Below, piece after piece: positions 53,394 through 64,000 of a stretch of 64,000 nucleotides of DNA; within the stretch, counting starts at the first letter, position 1, and each line of letters opens with the position of its first letter. This DNA is from Octopus sinensis (lineage: Eukaryota). The notes below the pieces were generated by a model. That model did no database searches. It was given only the letters and a program-made list of their open reading frames with translations, and had not been told where the DNA came from. The translations under genes were made by a program, and so were the position numbers. The stretch spans positions 47,554,001 to 47,618,000 of the forward strand of contig NC_042998.1 of the NCBI RefSeq assembly GCF_006345805.1, in the 5' to 3' direction.

Positions 53394-53999
53394 ATAATCA
53401 AATGAGGTAATTGTCAGTTCATTACAGCTGTTTCTTACACATTTTTTAATTGAAGAATGAGAAATTTTACTGCATTACAAGAAACCACAATCATCTGATG
53501 AAACGTAGTTTTACGAACAAAAGAATATCCCAAGAATACAGCAGGGATGTGGCTGAAGTATGTTGAAGCCAACTATGAAATGGGAGACTGACCAACTGAG
53601 TTGGCCGTTGAGTTTAAGAATATAGTTCTTGAAAGTGTGTAATATGATATCTAAGGTCAGCAACCCGGGTGAGAAAGGAGTCTGCTAGACTAGTTCATAG
53701 GTCAACTACTGTGGGACGTAGGTCATATATTATTATAGCAGGCTTAGAGCAGTGGGAAGTAAGAAAAGATCAGTCTCTAGTTGGTCAGTCTCAGATTTCA
53801 TAGTTGGCCTCTACAGACTTCAGCCACATCCCTGCTGTATTCTTGGGATATTCTTTTGTTTGTAAAATTACTTCTCATCTGATGATTGCAGTCTTTTATA
53901 ATGGAATAATGTTCTCATTCTTCTGTTAAAAACTTACGCAAGAAACAGTTGTAATGAGCTGACAATTACCCATCGTATTTTATTATTCATTTGATTATA
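53394..53999. repeat. Long inverted repeat: arms of about 205-220 bp (53394-53597 and 53779-53999), spacer about 180 bp
   Basis: Aligned by eye. The perfectly shared core is AACAAAAGAATATCCCAAGAATACAGCAGGGATGTGGCTGAAGT; one indel of about 15 bp. Confidence 0.88.
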
Positions 54000-54000
54000 T

Positions 54001-54093
<93 letters not shown>

Positions 54094-57000
54094 GTATGTA
54101 TACAACAGGCTTCCACACAGTTTCCGCCTATTAACTTATTTCGCAAGGTATACATCCAGATAAATTTAGAATAGTTTTTAATGACTTTTAAAATTTTTCT
54201 ATTTTCTTATTTCAAATTTCTGAAGATGATACTCTTTTAAAGATTAAATAAGTATAGAATGTTCCATTTTTGGATTGAAACTTTACAAGTCTTCTAAGTG
54301 CTGGAAGAAATTACGAAAAAAATACAAAAGTGTTAGTGGAGAAAGGGCTATTCTAGTGATAATTCATTTCTACATAATTTTACAGCCTAGAGAATATTTT
54401 TTAGAATTGAGGAAAAAATGAAGCAATGATTTTCTCAAGAATATCAGTGCTATTATAGCAGTAAAATATTATATTATAGCAGTTAATTCCAACTGAGCTT
54501 GCAAGAACAGCCATTAGCTTACCAGCAACTTACTAATGGTTTGTCTCTTGTTCTATAAATGTTTCGATTCCAAATGTTGAGTTTCTTTTGTTTTAATTTC
54601 ATTATATCCTACAATAGGAATCGAAACTGAATCCCAACTTTGATGGTCTTTAATTTATGAAACTCCTGGGGAAAATAAAAAAGAATAAAATACTATCAGT
54701 TTCACTCCAAAATACTGAAGTTATAATCCAGTAGGAGAAATCTTTTGTGACATTTTAAAGCTAGAAGAGGTACATTTGGAAGCTTGCGCTGATTTAGATT
54801 AGTTGATGAATGGAAAGAGAATAACTGTGGAATTTTAAAGCTGGGTGAGTTTATCAAGCACGATAATGGCCCAACAAGAGATCTTCATGATTATTCGACT
54901 GGCTAGAAATAGCATCAACCGTCCTAAAAATTGAAGTAAGTCTTAGGCGTGTCTGAAAAGAAAATGGAATAACTATGACTGGAATCCTTTTCATGAGAAG
55001 TCGGTTCTGAGACTAACCTGATACAAAATGTCAGCAGATATTTTTGAAGTGGTGAGGTACGAATTTTTAAGTCGCTCCAGCCGGTTATTGATTCTTATTT
55101 TATCCATCTCTCTTTTCCAGTAAGGAAATCGATATGCATTTATTTGACTAAGCAGAAAAGCCTCGTGATTTGGGAGAAAGTAAAATAATACATTTACAAG
55201 AAATAAAATATTGTGACTTTTAAAAACTTACCAAGGTCATTACTTGCGAAAGTGAAGCACAATAGATTAAAAGTCAGACAATTGCCTTTTGTTGTGAAGT
55301 TCTTACTACTAAAAGAGAAATAATATTGAGGAACACTTAGTAGAGAATAATCCAAATACACCGACGTTTTACAATTTAAAGAGATAAAAGAAAAGGCAGT
55401 ACAACAACAGCAAAAGTAACACCAGACTACAGTAAATGATAAATATTTATTTTACCGACCCTTTACAGAGAAAATTTAAGAGTACTCAGGTGGAATACTT
55501 TTTAAATCTTGATTTGAAAAGAAAGAGGCAGAATTGTAGAAATAGTTATGTTTCACTCACTCTACATTTTGTTCTTCATAACCGTAGAGTTCATCAAATA
55601 CTAACCATGTACTATGAATGGATTCAAATTTTGGACCTCTCACCTACAAATTTGTGGCTCTGAACTAAATGTTGCTTTTTAAGCAATCAATGCTGTAAAG
55701 TATGTTTTATGTTAAATAAGAAAGAACAAAAAGAACGAATTAATTTATTTTTTGTTGTTCTCATTTGAAAACTGCTTGCCTTTTGCTGACTGATATTAGG
55801 AATTTGAAAAGCATTGGTGATGTTTAGGGCTTGGAGATTTGTTACAAAGCTCAGTATGTCTGACTATCGTGAATAAGTGAACATGACAAATTGAGATTAG
55901 AGAAGAAGAGATTTGTTTCGGGCATTTATCAACTTTCTTCACTGGAAGTTTATTCTTCCTTCGGTAGAGAAAACTGACACATCATCGAGTAAAACAAAGC
56001 AAAAAGAAAAAAAAAAGAAGAATCATTCATGGAAATTAAATCCCATCTTAAAAATGAAATCAGATGCAAAGTTGAAATGGAAATGTGTAAAACGTTACAG
56101 TGTGAAATGTTTCGTAGTTGAGACGTAAAAAAATGTCACGATTAGTCGAAAACTTAGATGGATTCTGAAATGCAAGCACGATCAACAAATGCAAGAAAGA
56201 ATTCTCTGGGACCAAAAAAAAAATAGAGTAAGATAACAAGAATTAAACATACTTTAGTCAGATTATATAAAGAAGAAAATGCCAATATGTTTACAATAAA
56301 CTATATTGCATTGATGATTTTAGCAGCAGCTTTGCCAAACCAAATGTATTTTTCAAACAATGCAATATATTATGTAAGTAAATGGGGCAAAGAAACAGTA
56401 TTGAAAATTAAGTTGAGACTTAAAAGTAAGCAATTTCCTAAGAACTAAATGTACGAATCACTTTCCGCTGAGCCAACATACGAAGGCCACTTACATACTC
56501 TAAGTACTGTAGTACAACATGCATCCACCCCATGACAGATTTTCACTACCATCTTTATCCTTCGGCTCTGCTGCTTCAACTAGCTATCCATTCTAACTTT
56601 CTCCTTCTGAGCCTCTTATGTTATTGCCCTTATTTTTTCCATTTCTTTCTTTCCTTAAAAAAATGACAAAATTATGTGTAACTTTTTTGATCAGAAAATG
56701 CCTTTTTTCTCCAGTAACTATTTCTCAGCACATTAAATGCTCCCACTCAAAGATGTACCTCTTGTCCTTCATCTCCAGCAGTACTCTCATAGCTGGCTTT
56801 CAAATTCCAATTTCAAGCCACTCACTACTTTGACTCTACTTCTACCTTGTCGGCTTACTTCTCCTTACCATATCTGCATTGTGGTGATGTTTATAACTTT
56901 TTGTTCAAATGCTTCTCAAATAGCCATCCCTCTTAATGATAATCTCCTATGTGACGTCTCTCCTTCTGATATTTTCCCTTTAACTTTTTCAAATCTGCTA

Positions 57001-58373
57001 CCACTCTCGTTTATAATCTATTTTCTTTTGCTACTATCAAAACACGTGCGTGCCGTCTTGTGATCTTCTCCACATTTATTCACCACTATTTCCCGCCTCC
57101 CTTATTCAGTATTTCCTCTTGTTTTTTTCGTGTGTAACACTTCTACCTATTTCACTAGAGTACTGTTTATATGGCATAGAGTTAGCCATATTAATAAAAC
57201 TCCGTACTAACTTCCCAAAATATGGAATTGGAATAGTAAATAAGTTGCATTTGACATCTATACATTGCCATTATGCGTAGAGTTGACCAGGTCCACCAGT
57301 GCTCTCCCTCGTTGGCGATCCCCTGCCATCCCCTCTGCATTCTCCAAGGCGGTCGGCTCCACGCATGATGAGACCACTATCCTGGGATGACCCCCAACCC
57401 CATCAAGTAAGAACGTAAAGCAAGCATTCATACATTGAGTTTAGTAATAATTAACAACTTATTTAGACACGAATCCACATTATAAGAGTTTTGCTGGGGT
57501 TAATTTAATCAACTAACCCTCTCCTGAAAAGTTATTAGATTTGAAGAAACTTGGCGACAAGTTTCTTCAAATCCCAAGAATCTTTCTTGGGTTTCTTGCA
57601 GAGTAGAGTAAAGGATATCACACTTTTCTACAGATCGACAGTCTACTACCCCTCAGTGTATCAATACCAATTTCTTTCCGCTTCGCAGTGGCTCGAACTT
57701 TGTGCCGAATGCGCCAAGTGCAATAAGAACAAATTTTTACTCTTGTGTTCCAAAATCTCGCTCTCTAGAAGTTCCGTGTATTTCTGAATTTTTCCAGTTT
57801 TTCTGAACTTCACTCTTCTTTCATACAAGATTACAAAGCCGCCACTAGTTTTTTTCTTTATGAGCATATCTGATGCCCTAGCTACAATAAAATTCTGTCT
57901 TTATTAAGGAATCTCATAAAATTATATAATTATCATTCAAGATGACCGCCTTTGGTCTGTGTTCAAACCACTTTTCTCTTCCTTGAAATCTACAGACTAA
58001 CATCGTAACACACTTTACCTAATTCAATCATGTGTGTATGTATACTCATTTTGTGCTAGCTAACTGCACTCACTTAGAAAATTATTGATATTTTTGTCTC
58101 CTTTTCTACACATTCTGTATTTGCTGTCTGACAGAATTTTGTCAAATGTTATCATTATCAAATCATACTAATGGCTCGTTTCTGAGCGGCTAAAATTAAT
58201 AATTCAGTTTCCCATTTTTGCTTTCTATTAGCTGTAATCAGCTGTCTTCGCTTCCAGTATCATAAGTTTATAGCATGGATTGGACATGGTCCGGTATTAC
58301 TATTGTTATTTTTGTTGATGTTCATCTTTTTGTTGTTGTTGTTGTTCTTTTTCTTCTTTTTCTTCTTCTTCTT

Positions 58374-59390
58374 AAAGCGAGCAGCCAGCAGAATTGGAGT
58401 CCTGGATAAAGTATAGGACGAGACTGGGCGCCTGGCGCTTAGAATGTCGTCAGGCGCTCACTGCTCTCTACAAGTTGGACTATAGGATTGGTAGATGTTC
58501 CACTTTAGATATTCACAAAGGATTAGTACCGGAGAAGTGCGACGACATCCTCGGGGAGACCCTAGGCGTCGACAAACACGAACTGGCAAGTCTATTCCAA
58601 AAGACTGTTATGGATTAATTTCCATTAGTCTCTGGCCTGGCATTGCTACCGGGGCACGTTACCGGTTCGAGATAAACTCTACAGGCACAGATGTGCTATC
58701 AGACAGACTTGTTCGAGGTGCTCGCAGAGCGACGAAACCATTCTGCATGCACTAGTTCAGTGTCTGGGCATTGCTGACTTGTGGAGTTATGTTGAACAGC
58801 TATTGTCGCGTGTGGGACGAATCCGTCTGCCAGCCGAGTCCATAATGATGATTGCCCCGCCGCCTTCCTTTAATCGATCATGCAAGGCAGTTTTCTTTTG
58901 TCTGGTGGCTGTGGCGAAAGAGGTTGAAAGGAATGAGGACAGAAACATTACTCATTGGTAAAACGCTCATCGACTTTTTCAAGTTTCACTTGAAAAGGAA
59001 AATGAGGGTGGAGTGGGAAGTATCTGTTCTTGAGTGGATTTATGAAGAGATGGGTGAAAGTTACGAAAATGGCAAGAGTGGATGATACCACTTTCAGTGT
59101 AGACCTGTGAGTCGGAAGAGAGGAGTTAGAAAAGGCACTCGTCCTCGGTATTCAGAGTAATCTTAGATGGTGGGGTTGCTCGATGATCACTAAAATTCCT
59201 CCGGTATCAGGGGAACCCCATAACTATAACATTTTTTTTAGAGTCGTATACTATGTATACTTCCCTTCTTCTAATGTATACCGTGTATACATTTTTTCTT
59301 AATAATCATTCCATCATATGTAAACCCCCACACTTTATGTCTGTCTTTGTATTGCCCCCTTATCCTTGGCGCTAATGATAAATAAAAGAA
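58374..59390 (+). mobile_element. Second Tx1/L1-clade LINE family, 5'-truncated and decayed
   Basis: Homologous to 42184-42974 (W..ECRQAL, LPVRDKL, DETILHALVQC, WSYVEQLLSRVGR, FFKFHLKRKMRVE) but with a different 3' UTR ending AATAAAAGAA. (TTG/TTC)n upstream and (ATT/ATC)n downstream. Confidence 0.85.
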
Positions 59391-59441
59391 ATTATTATTA
59401 TGATTATTATTATTATTATTATTATCATCTTCATCATTGTT

Positions 59442-59532
<91 letters not shown>

Positions 59533-59539
59533 GTAGTGA

Positions 59540-59905
59540 GAGGCGATTTTCTTCACTACTTCAGCTCCGGCTGACTGTACCCAGTAAGTGCCCCTATCCA
59601 GGGTTACGGAAAGGATACAACCTTCAAAGAAATCCGGAGTAGAGTCCCGTAAGTGGTTTGGTGTTCGATTCGACACTCTTCCGGCAGCTCCTGCAACCAA
59701 GCTGGTGCCAAACGTTATGCTCTGCACTCCTTTGGACTACATCAGCAATGTCAAGAGAGGAATCCTGACGATTGGGCTACCCAGGATTTTCTTACATCTA
59801 GCTCAGGCCTGCGCAAGACTGGAGAAGAAACTGAAGAGGACATGAAATGTAAAAACCAGACTGGATTAGTTTATGCGCAACTCCATTGTCTCCCAAGACA
59901 AAAGG
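59540..59905 (+). mobile_element. Possible 5' end of an APE-type LINE (RTE-like)
   Basis: GC-richer block between trinucleotide arrays. Contains GGACATGAAATGTAAAAACC, which reads (T)*NVKT, resembling the APE N-terminal TWNV motif. Weak. Confidence 0.3.
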
Positions 59906-59994
59906 ATGCCAACAATCATCATCATCATCATCATCATTATCATTATTTGTATTATTATTTGTATTATTATTATTATTATTATTACAGCAAATTT

Positions 59995-61090
59995 AAACAC
60001 AAGGCCGGAAACTTTGAGGGAGGGTATAATCAATTAATACAGTAACTAGTACTATATTTGTCAACACTTGTAATATGAATGGTAGAGTTCACTTCAATAG
60101 CCGTAACTAACAAAACGCTAAGGAAATTTTGCCTGCGCAAACAATTCTGTCAGCCTAAATAATGCGCTAAGCATTTTGTCCGGCGTGTTTGCGATACCAC
60201 CAGTTCGCTGCCTTAATGATAATAATGATGATCTTTTCGCCTTTTTGTTATAGGCACAAAGCCTGAAATCTTGGAGATGGAGCTAGTCGATCACATTGGT
60301 ACCAGTGCTCAACTATTATTTATTTTATCAACTCCGGAGGATAAAAGGCGAAATCGAACGATCTCGGTGGAATTCGAACTCAAAACGAAATGCCGCTAAG
60401 CATTTTTGTCTGACGTGGTGATGAATCTGCCAGCTCGCCACTTAATAAGCAGTAATTATAATAATCCTATGGCGAGCTGGCAGAGTCGTTAGCGCGCCGG
60501 GCGAAATACTTAGCGGCATTTAGTCTGCCATGTTCTGAGTTCGAATTCCGCCGAGGTCGACTTTGCCTTTCATCCTTTCGGGGTCGATTAAATAAGTACC
60601 AGTTATGCACTGGGGTCGATATAATCGACTTAAATCCCTATCTGTTCTTGTTTGTCCCCTCTATGTTTAGCCCTCATGTGGGCAAAAAAAAAATCCTATA
60701 GGCACAAGATCTGAAATTTGGAGCGGGGTGTAGAAGGGGGCTTCTCAATTCATCAACTCCGAAAGGATAAAAGGCAAAGACGATCTTGGCGTTATTTGAA
60801 CTCATTACGAAAAACTGGAAGATATGTCGCTGAGCATTTTGTCTGGCTCGGTAACGATTCTGCCAGCTCGCCGCCTTAACAAACAGTGATTATAATAATT
60901 CTTTCTGAATTCAGGACGAGGGGCTTGTCGATACATCCACCCCCAGTATTAAACTGGTACCTGTAGTATTATAGACTCCAAAATGATAAAAAGGCGAAGT
61001 CGAATTCGACGGAATTTGAACTCGCCTGAAGAAATGCCGCCAAGAAAGCATCTTGTGCGGTGTGCTAACCATCCTGCCAGTTTGCTGCCT
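59995..61090. mobile_element. Cluster of five SINE family B copies (four minus, one plus)
   Basis: Approximately 59995-60215 (-), 60240-60440 (-), 60470-60690 (+), 60700-60878 (-) and 60905-61090 (-). Confidence 0.8.
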
Positions 61091-61329
61091 CAACAACAAC
61101 AACAACAACAACACTGTTTCAGAAAAGAAAAATTACGTACGAAATATAAGTACCGAGCATTAAGTAATGGGTGTATATAGTGATAAGGGATTGGTATTAC
61201 TCGGTGGTGTTATGCGATTGGAGACATGGTTATCCAAATGGGACAGTCAACTCTATGACTTACTAACACTCCGTATTGGTAATGTTGACATAAACCTGAT
61301 GTCGACTAGGTTTGTGCAGATGGAGTTAG

Positions 61330-62075
61330 TAGTAGTGGTGGTGGTGGTGGTGGTGGTGGTGGTGGTGGCTGATGGTGATTATGGTGGTGATGGCGATGAT
61401 GTTGGTGTTAGTGATGGATGTCGTGGTGACTGACAGTAGTGATGGTGGTGGTGGTGGTGGTAGTGGTGGTGGTGGTGGTGATGATGGCGGCAATGCTACT
61501 GCTGCCGCTGGTAGTGGAAATAACGATGATGACGGCGCTGATGGTGACTATGGTGATGGTGGCGTTTGTGTTGGTGTTAGTAATAGATGTAGCAATGCTG
61601 TTGTTGCTGTTGTTATTGTTGTTGTTGTTGGTGGTGGTGGTGGTGGTGGTGGTGGTGGTGATGGTGATGATAATGGTGATGGTGGTGATGATGGCGGTGG
61701 TGGTGGTGGTGGTGGTGGTGGTTTGGTTGAGGGGTAGTAGAGGAGTTTTGGTGATAGCGGCGGTGATGGTATTGGTATTTATTTATTTTTTTTTTACTTA
61801 TTTATTTATTGTTGTGTTGGTGTGTAGTTGTTGTTGCTCTTCTTCTTGATTGTGGTTGAAGTGGTGGTGGTGGTGGCTATAGTTGATAGTGGTGGTGTTG
61901 TCGATGGCGGCGACGGTAGCGATGATGGTGGTGGTGGTGGTGGTGGTGGTGGTGGTGGTGGTGGTGGTGGTGGTGGTGGTGGCTATAGTTGATAGTGGTG
62001 GTGTTGGCGATGGCGGCGACAGTAGCGATGATGGTGGTGGTGGTGGTGGTGGTGGTGGTAGTGGTGGTGGGTGTT
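61330..62075. repeat. Compound (GGT/GAT/GTT)n low-complexity tract
   Basis: Read directly. Confidence 0.9.
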
Positions 62076-62483
62076 TAGCAGAGATGGGTGCTGCAGGGGG
62101 ATTGTCATAGAACATTCCGTCAACAAGGAAGATAGGAAATACGAGTGACCGGAAGAAAAAAAGCACCTATGACATAAACATGGGGAATATTTCCACACGG
62201 ATATACAAATATCTATAACAAGAAACGCACAAACATCCACTGATACTGTCACATTGAATATTGCCTATATTGAATAGGCATTTATGCATGCAATGTGATT
62301 GCTTAAAAATATATGTGCACGGGTATAGGACTGGAAAGATTTCATCACTATGGCAATTACATGTGGTGTGCCGATACAGATGCACACACATACACACACA
62401 CATACAAACACACATATATACATACATACATACATGCATGCACGCTCTCATATGCAATGGCGCAAATATATATTTATATACGC

Positions 62484-62700
62484 TTTTACTTGTTTCAGTC
62501 GTTTATTTGACTGTGGCCATGCTGGAGCACCGCATTTAGTCGTGCAAATCGACCCCCAGGACTTATTCTTTGTGAGCCTAGTACTTATTCTATCGGTCCT
62601 TTTTGCCGAACCGCTAAGTTACGGGGACGTAAACACACCAGCATCGGTTGTCAAGCGATGGTTGGGGGGGGGGACAAACACAAACACATAAACACACACA
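62484..62700 (-). mobile_element. SINE family C, 3' half
   Basis: CTTGTTTCAGTC...GGCCATGCTGGAGCACCG...TCGGTTGTCAAGCGATG. Confidence 0.85.
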
Positions 62701-62720
62701 CACACACATACACACACACT

Positions 62721-62754
<34 letters not shown>

Positions 62755-62970
62755 CACACATGCACGTGTATTCATTTATGTGGGTGAGTTTTTGTCGAAA
62801 ACTGATGGTGGTTGATCGTCTTCACGTCTTTTGTGTGTTTCCTTGTTTTCTGTATGTCTTTCCATAATCTTTCACTGCAACATTATTTTATACGCATGTA
62901 TGTGTATGTATGTATGTATGTGTGTGTTTACATATATATATTATATATATATAATATATATATATACATA

Positions 62971-63164
62971 CATACATATATGTAGATAGATCGATAGACA
63001 GATGGCTCGATATACACATGCACACATATGTGTATGTGTGTGTGCGTAGTTAAATTATATAAAACAAGAAACTATATATATATAGCATCTATCTATCTAT
63101 ATATCTATCTATCTATCTATCTCGCTAGCTTGCTATAAATATATATATATATATGTAAACAAAG

Positions 63165-63206
<42 letters not shown>

Positions 63207-63331
63207 ATATATACACATACATATATGTAGATAGATCGATAGACAGATGGCTCGATATACACATGCACACATATGTGTATGTGTGTGTGCGTAGTTAAAT
63301 TATATAAAACAAGAAACTATATATATATAGC

Positions 63332-63371
<40 letters not shown>

Positions 63372-63385
63372 CGCTAGCTTGCTAT
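62971..63385. repeat. Tandem duplication of about 165 bp, offset 245 bp
   Basis: 62971-63136 and 63216-63385 are identical apart from microsatellite length. Confidence 0.9.
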
Positions 63386-63387
63386 CA

Positions 63388-63420
<33 letters not shown>

Positions 63421-63452
63421 ATAATATATATATATATATATTATATATATAT

Positions 63453-63504
<52 letters not shown>

Positions 63505-63582
63505 GATAAATCTCAGAGCGAGTTATAAACGGTAGCATCCACCCTTATGGGTTGCCATATTCAAATGGCAAATATGCATCAC

Positions 63583-63616
<34 letters not shown>

Positions 63617-63685
63617 ATATATATATATCTATATATATATATATTATATATATATACACATACATATATGTATGTATATATATAT

Positions 63686-63900
63686 ACTCTTTTACTTGTT
63701 TCAGTCAAATGACTGTGGCCATGCTGGAGCACCGCCTTTAGGCGAACAAATCGACCCCAGAACTTATTCTTTGGATGCCTAGTACTTATTCTATTTGTCT
63801 CTTTTGCCAAACCGGTAGGTTACGGGGACGTAAACACACCACACCACACCACCGTCGGTTGTCAAGCGATGTTGGGGTTCAAACACAGACACACAAACAT
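63686..63900 (-). mobile_element. SINE family C, 3' half
   Basis: Same family as 62484-62700. Confidence 0.85.
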
Positions 63901-64000
63901 ATACACACACACACATGCATACATATATACAAACATACATACATACAGACAGACATACATACATACATATATGTATGTATATATATATATATATATATAT

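Noticed and set aside
53490-53520. CTGATGA inside the long inverted repeat
   Set aside because: It is followed by GAAC, not GAAA, has no stems I or III, and is not conserved in the other arm.
56440-57280. Purine-rich minus strand suggesting a decayed integrase or other coding sequence
   Set aside because: Too many stops and no motif that can be named with confidence.
57280-57410. GC-rich block with CTCCCTCGTTGGC resembling an HDV-ribozyme L3
   Set aside because: P1, P3 and J4/2 could not be assembled in the canonical nested double pseudoknot.
61372-62166. Glycine-rich or proline-rich ORFs
   Set aside because: Compound GGT/GAT microsatellite, open in several frames on both strands.

Overview
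AT-rich, non-genic eukaryotic DNA packed with microsatellites and transposon debris. The SINE families and repeat style point to an octopod cephalopod (Octopus sp.); this is inferred from recognising the repeats, not from a database hit. No host protein-coding exon, rRNA, true tRNA gene or CRISPR array could be supported. Most ORFs in the supplied track are translations of simple repeats. Recognisable content: (1) dozens of copies of at least three tRNA-derived SINE families; (2) LINE fragments of the Dong/R4, Tx1/L1, CR1/L2 and possibly RTE types; (3) Penelope-like element (PLE) fragments and pseudo-LTRs; (4) DNA transposons: a full-length but disabled DD37D (maT) element, mariner, Tigger/pogo, a hAT MITE, a MITE with a 6-bp TSD and telomere-like repeats, and three Helentron-associated (HINE-like) elements. 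The best find is a set of hammerhead ribozyme (HHR) motifs read directly from the sequence. An intact minimal type I HHR (12407-12479) lies inside a 404-bp non-coding unit with a 21-bp terminal direct repeat, inserted in (TA)n; this is the architecture expected of a non-LTR retrozyme or solo PLE pseudo-LTR copied from a circular RNA. Further intact, variant or decayed HHRs lie at 1995, 5654, 9389, 9711 and 51031. A second theme is retroelements sorted by microsatellite type: Tx1 in (TATC)n, a related Tx1 next to (ATT)n/(TTC)n, Dong in (TAA)n, and the HHR unit in (TA)n.
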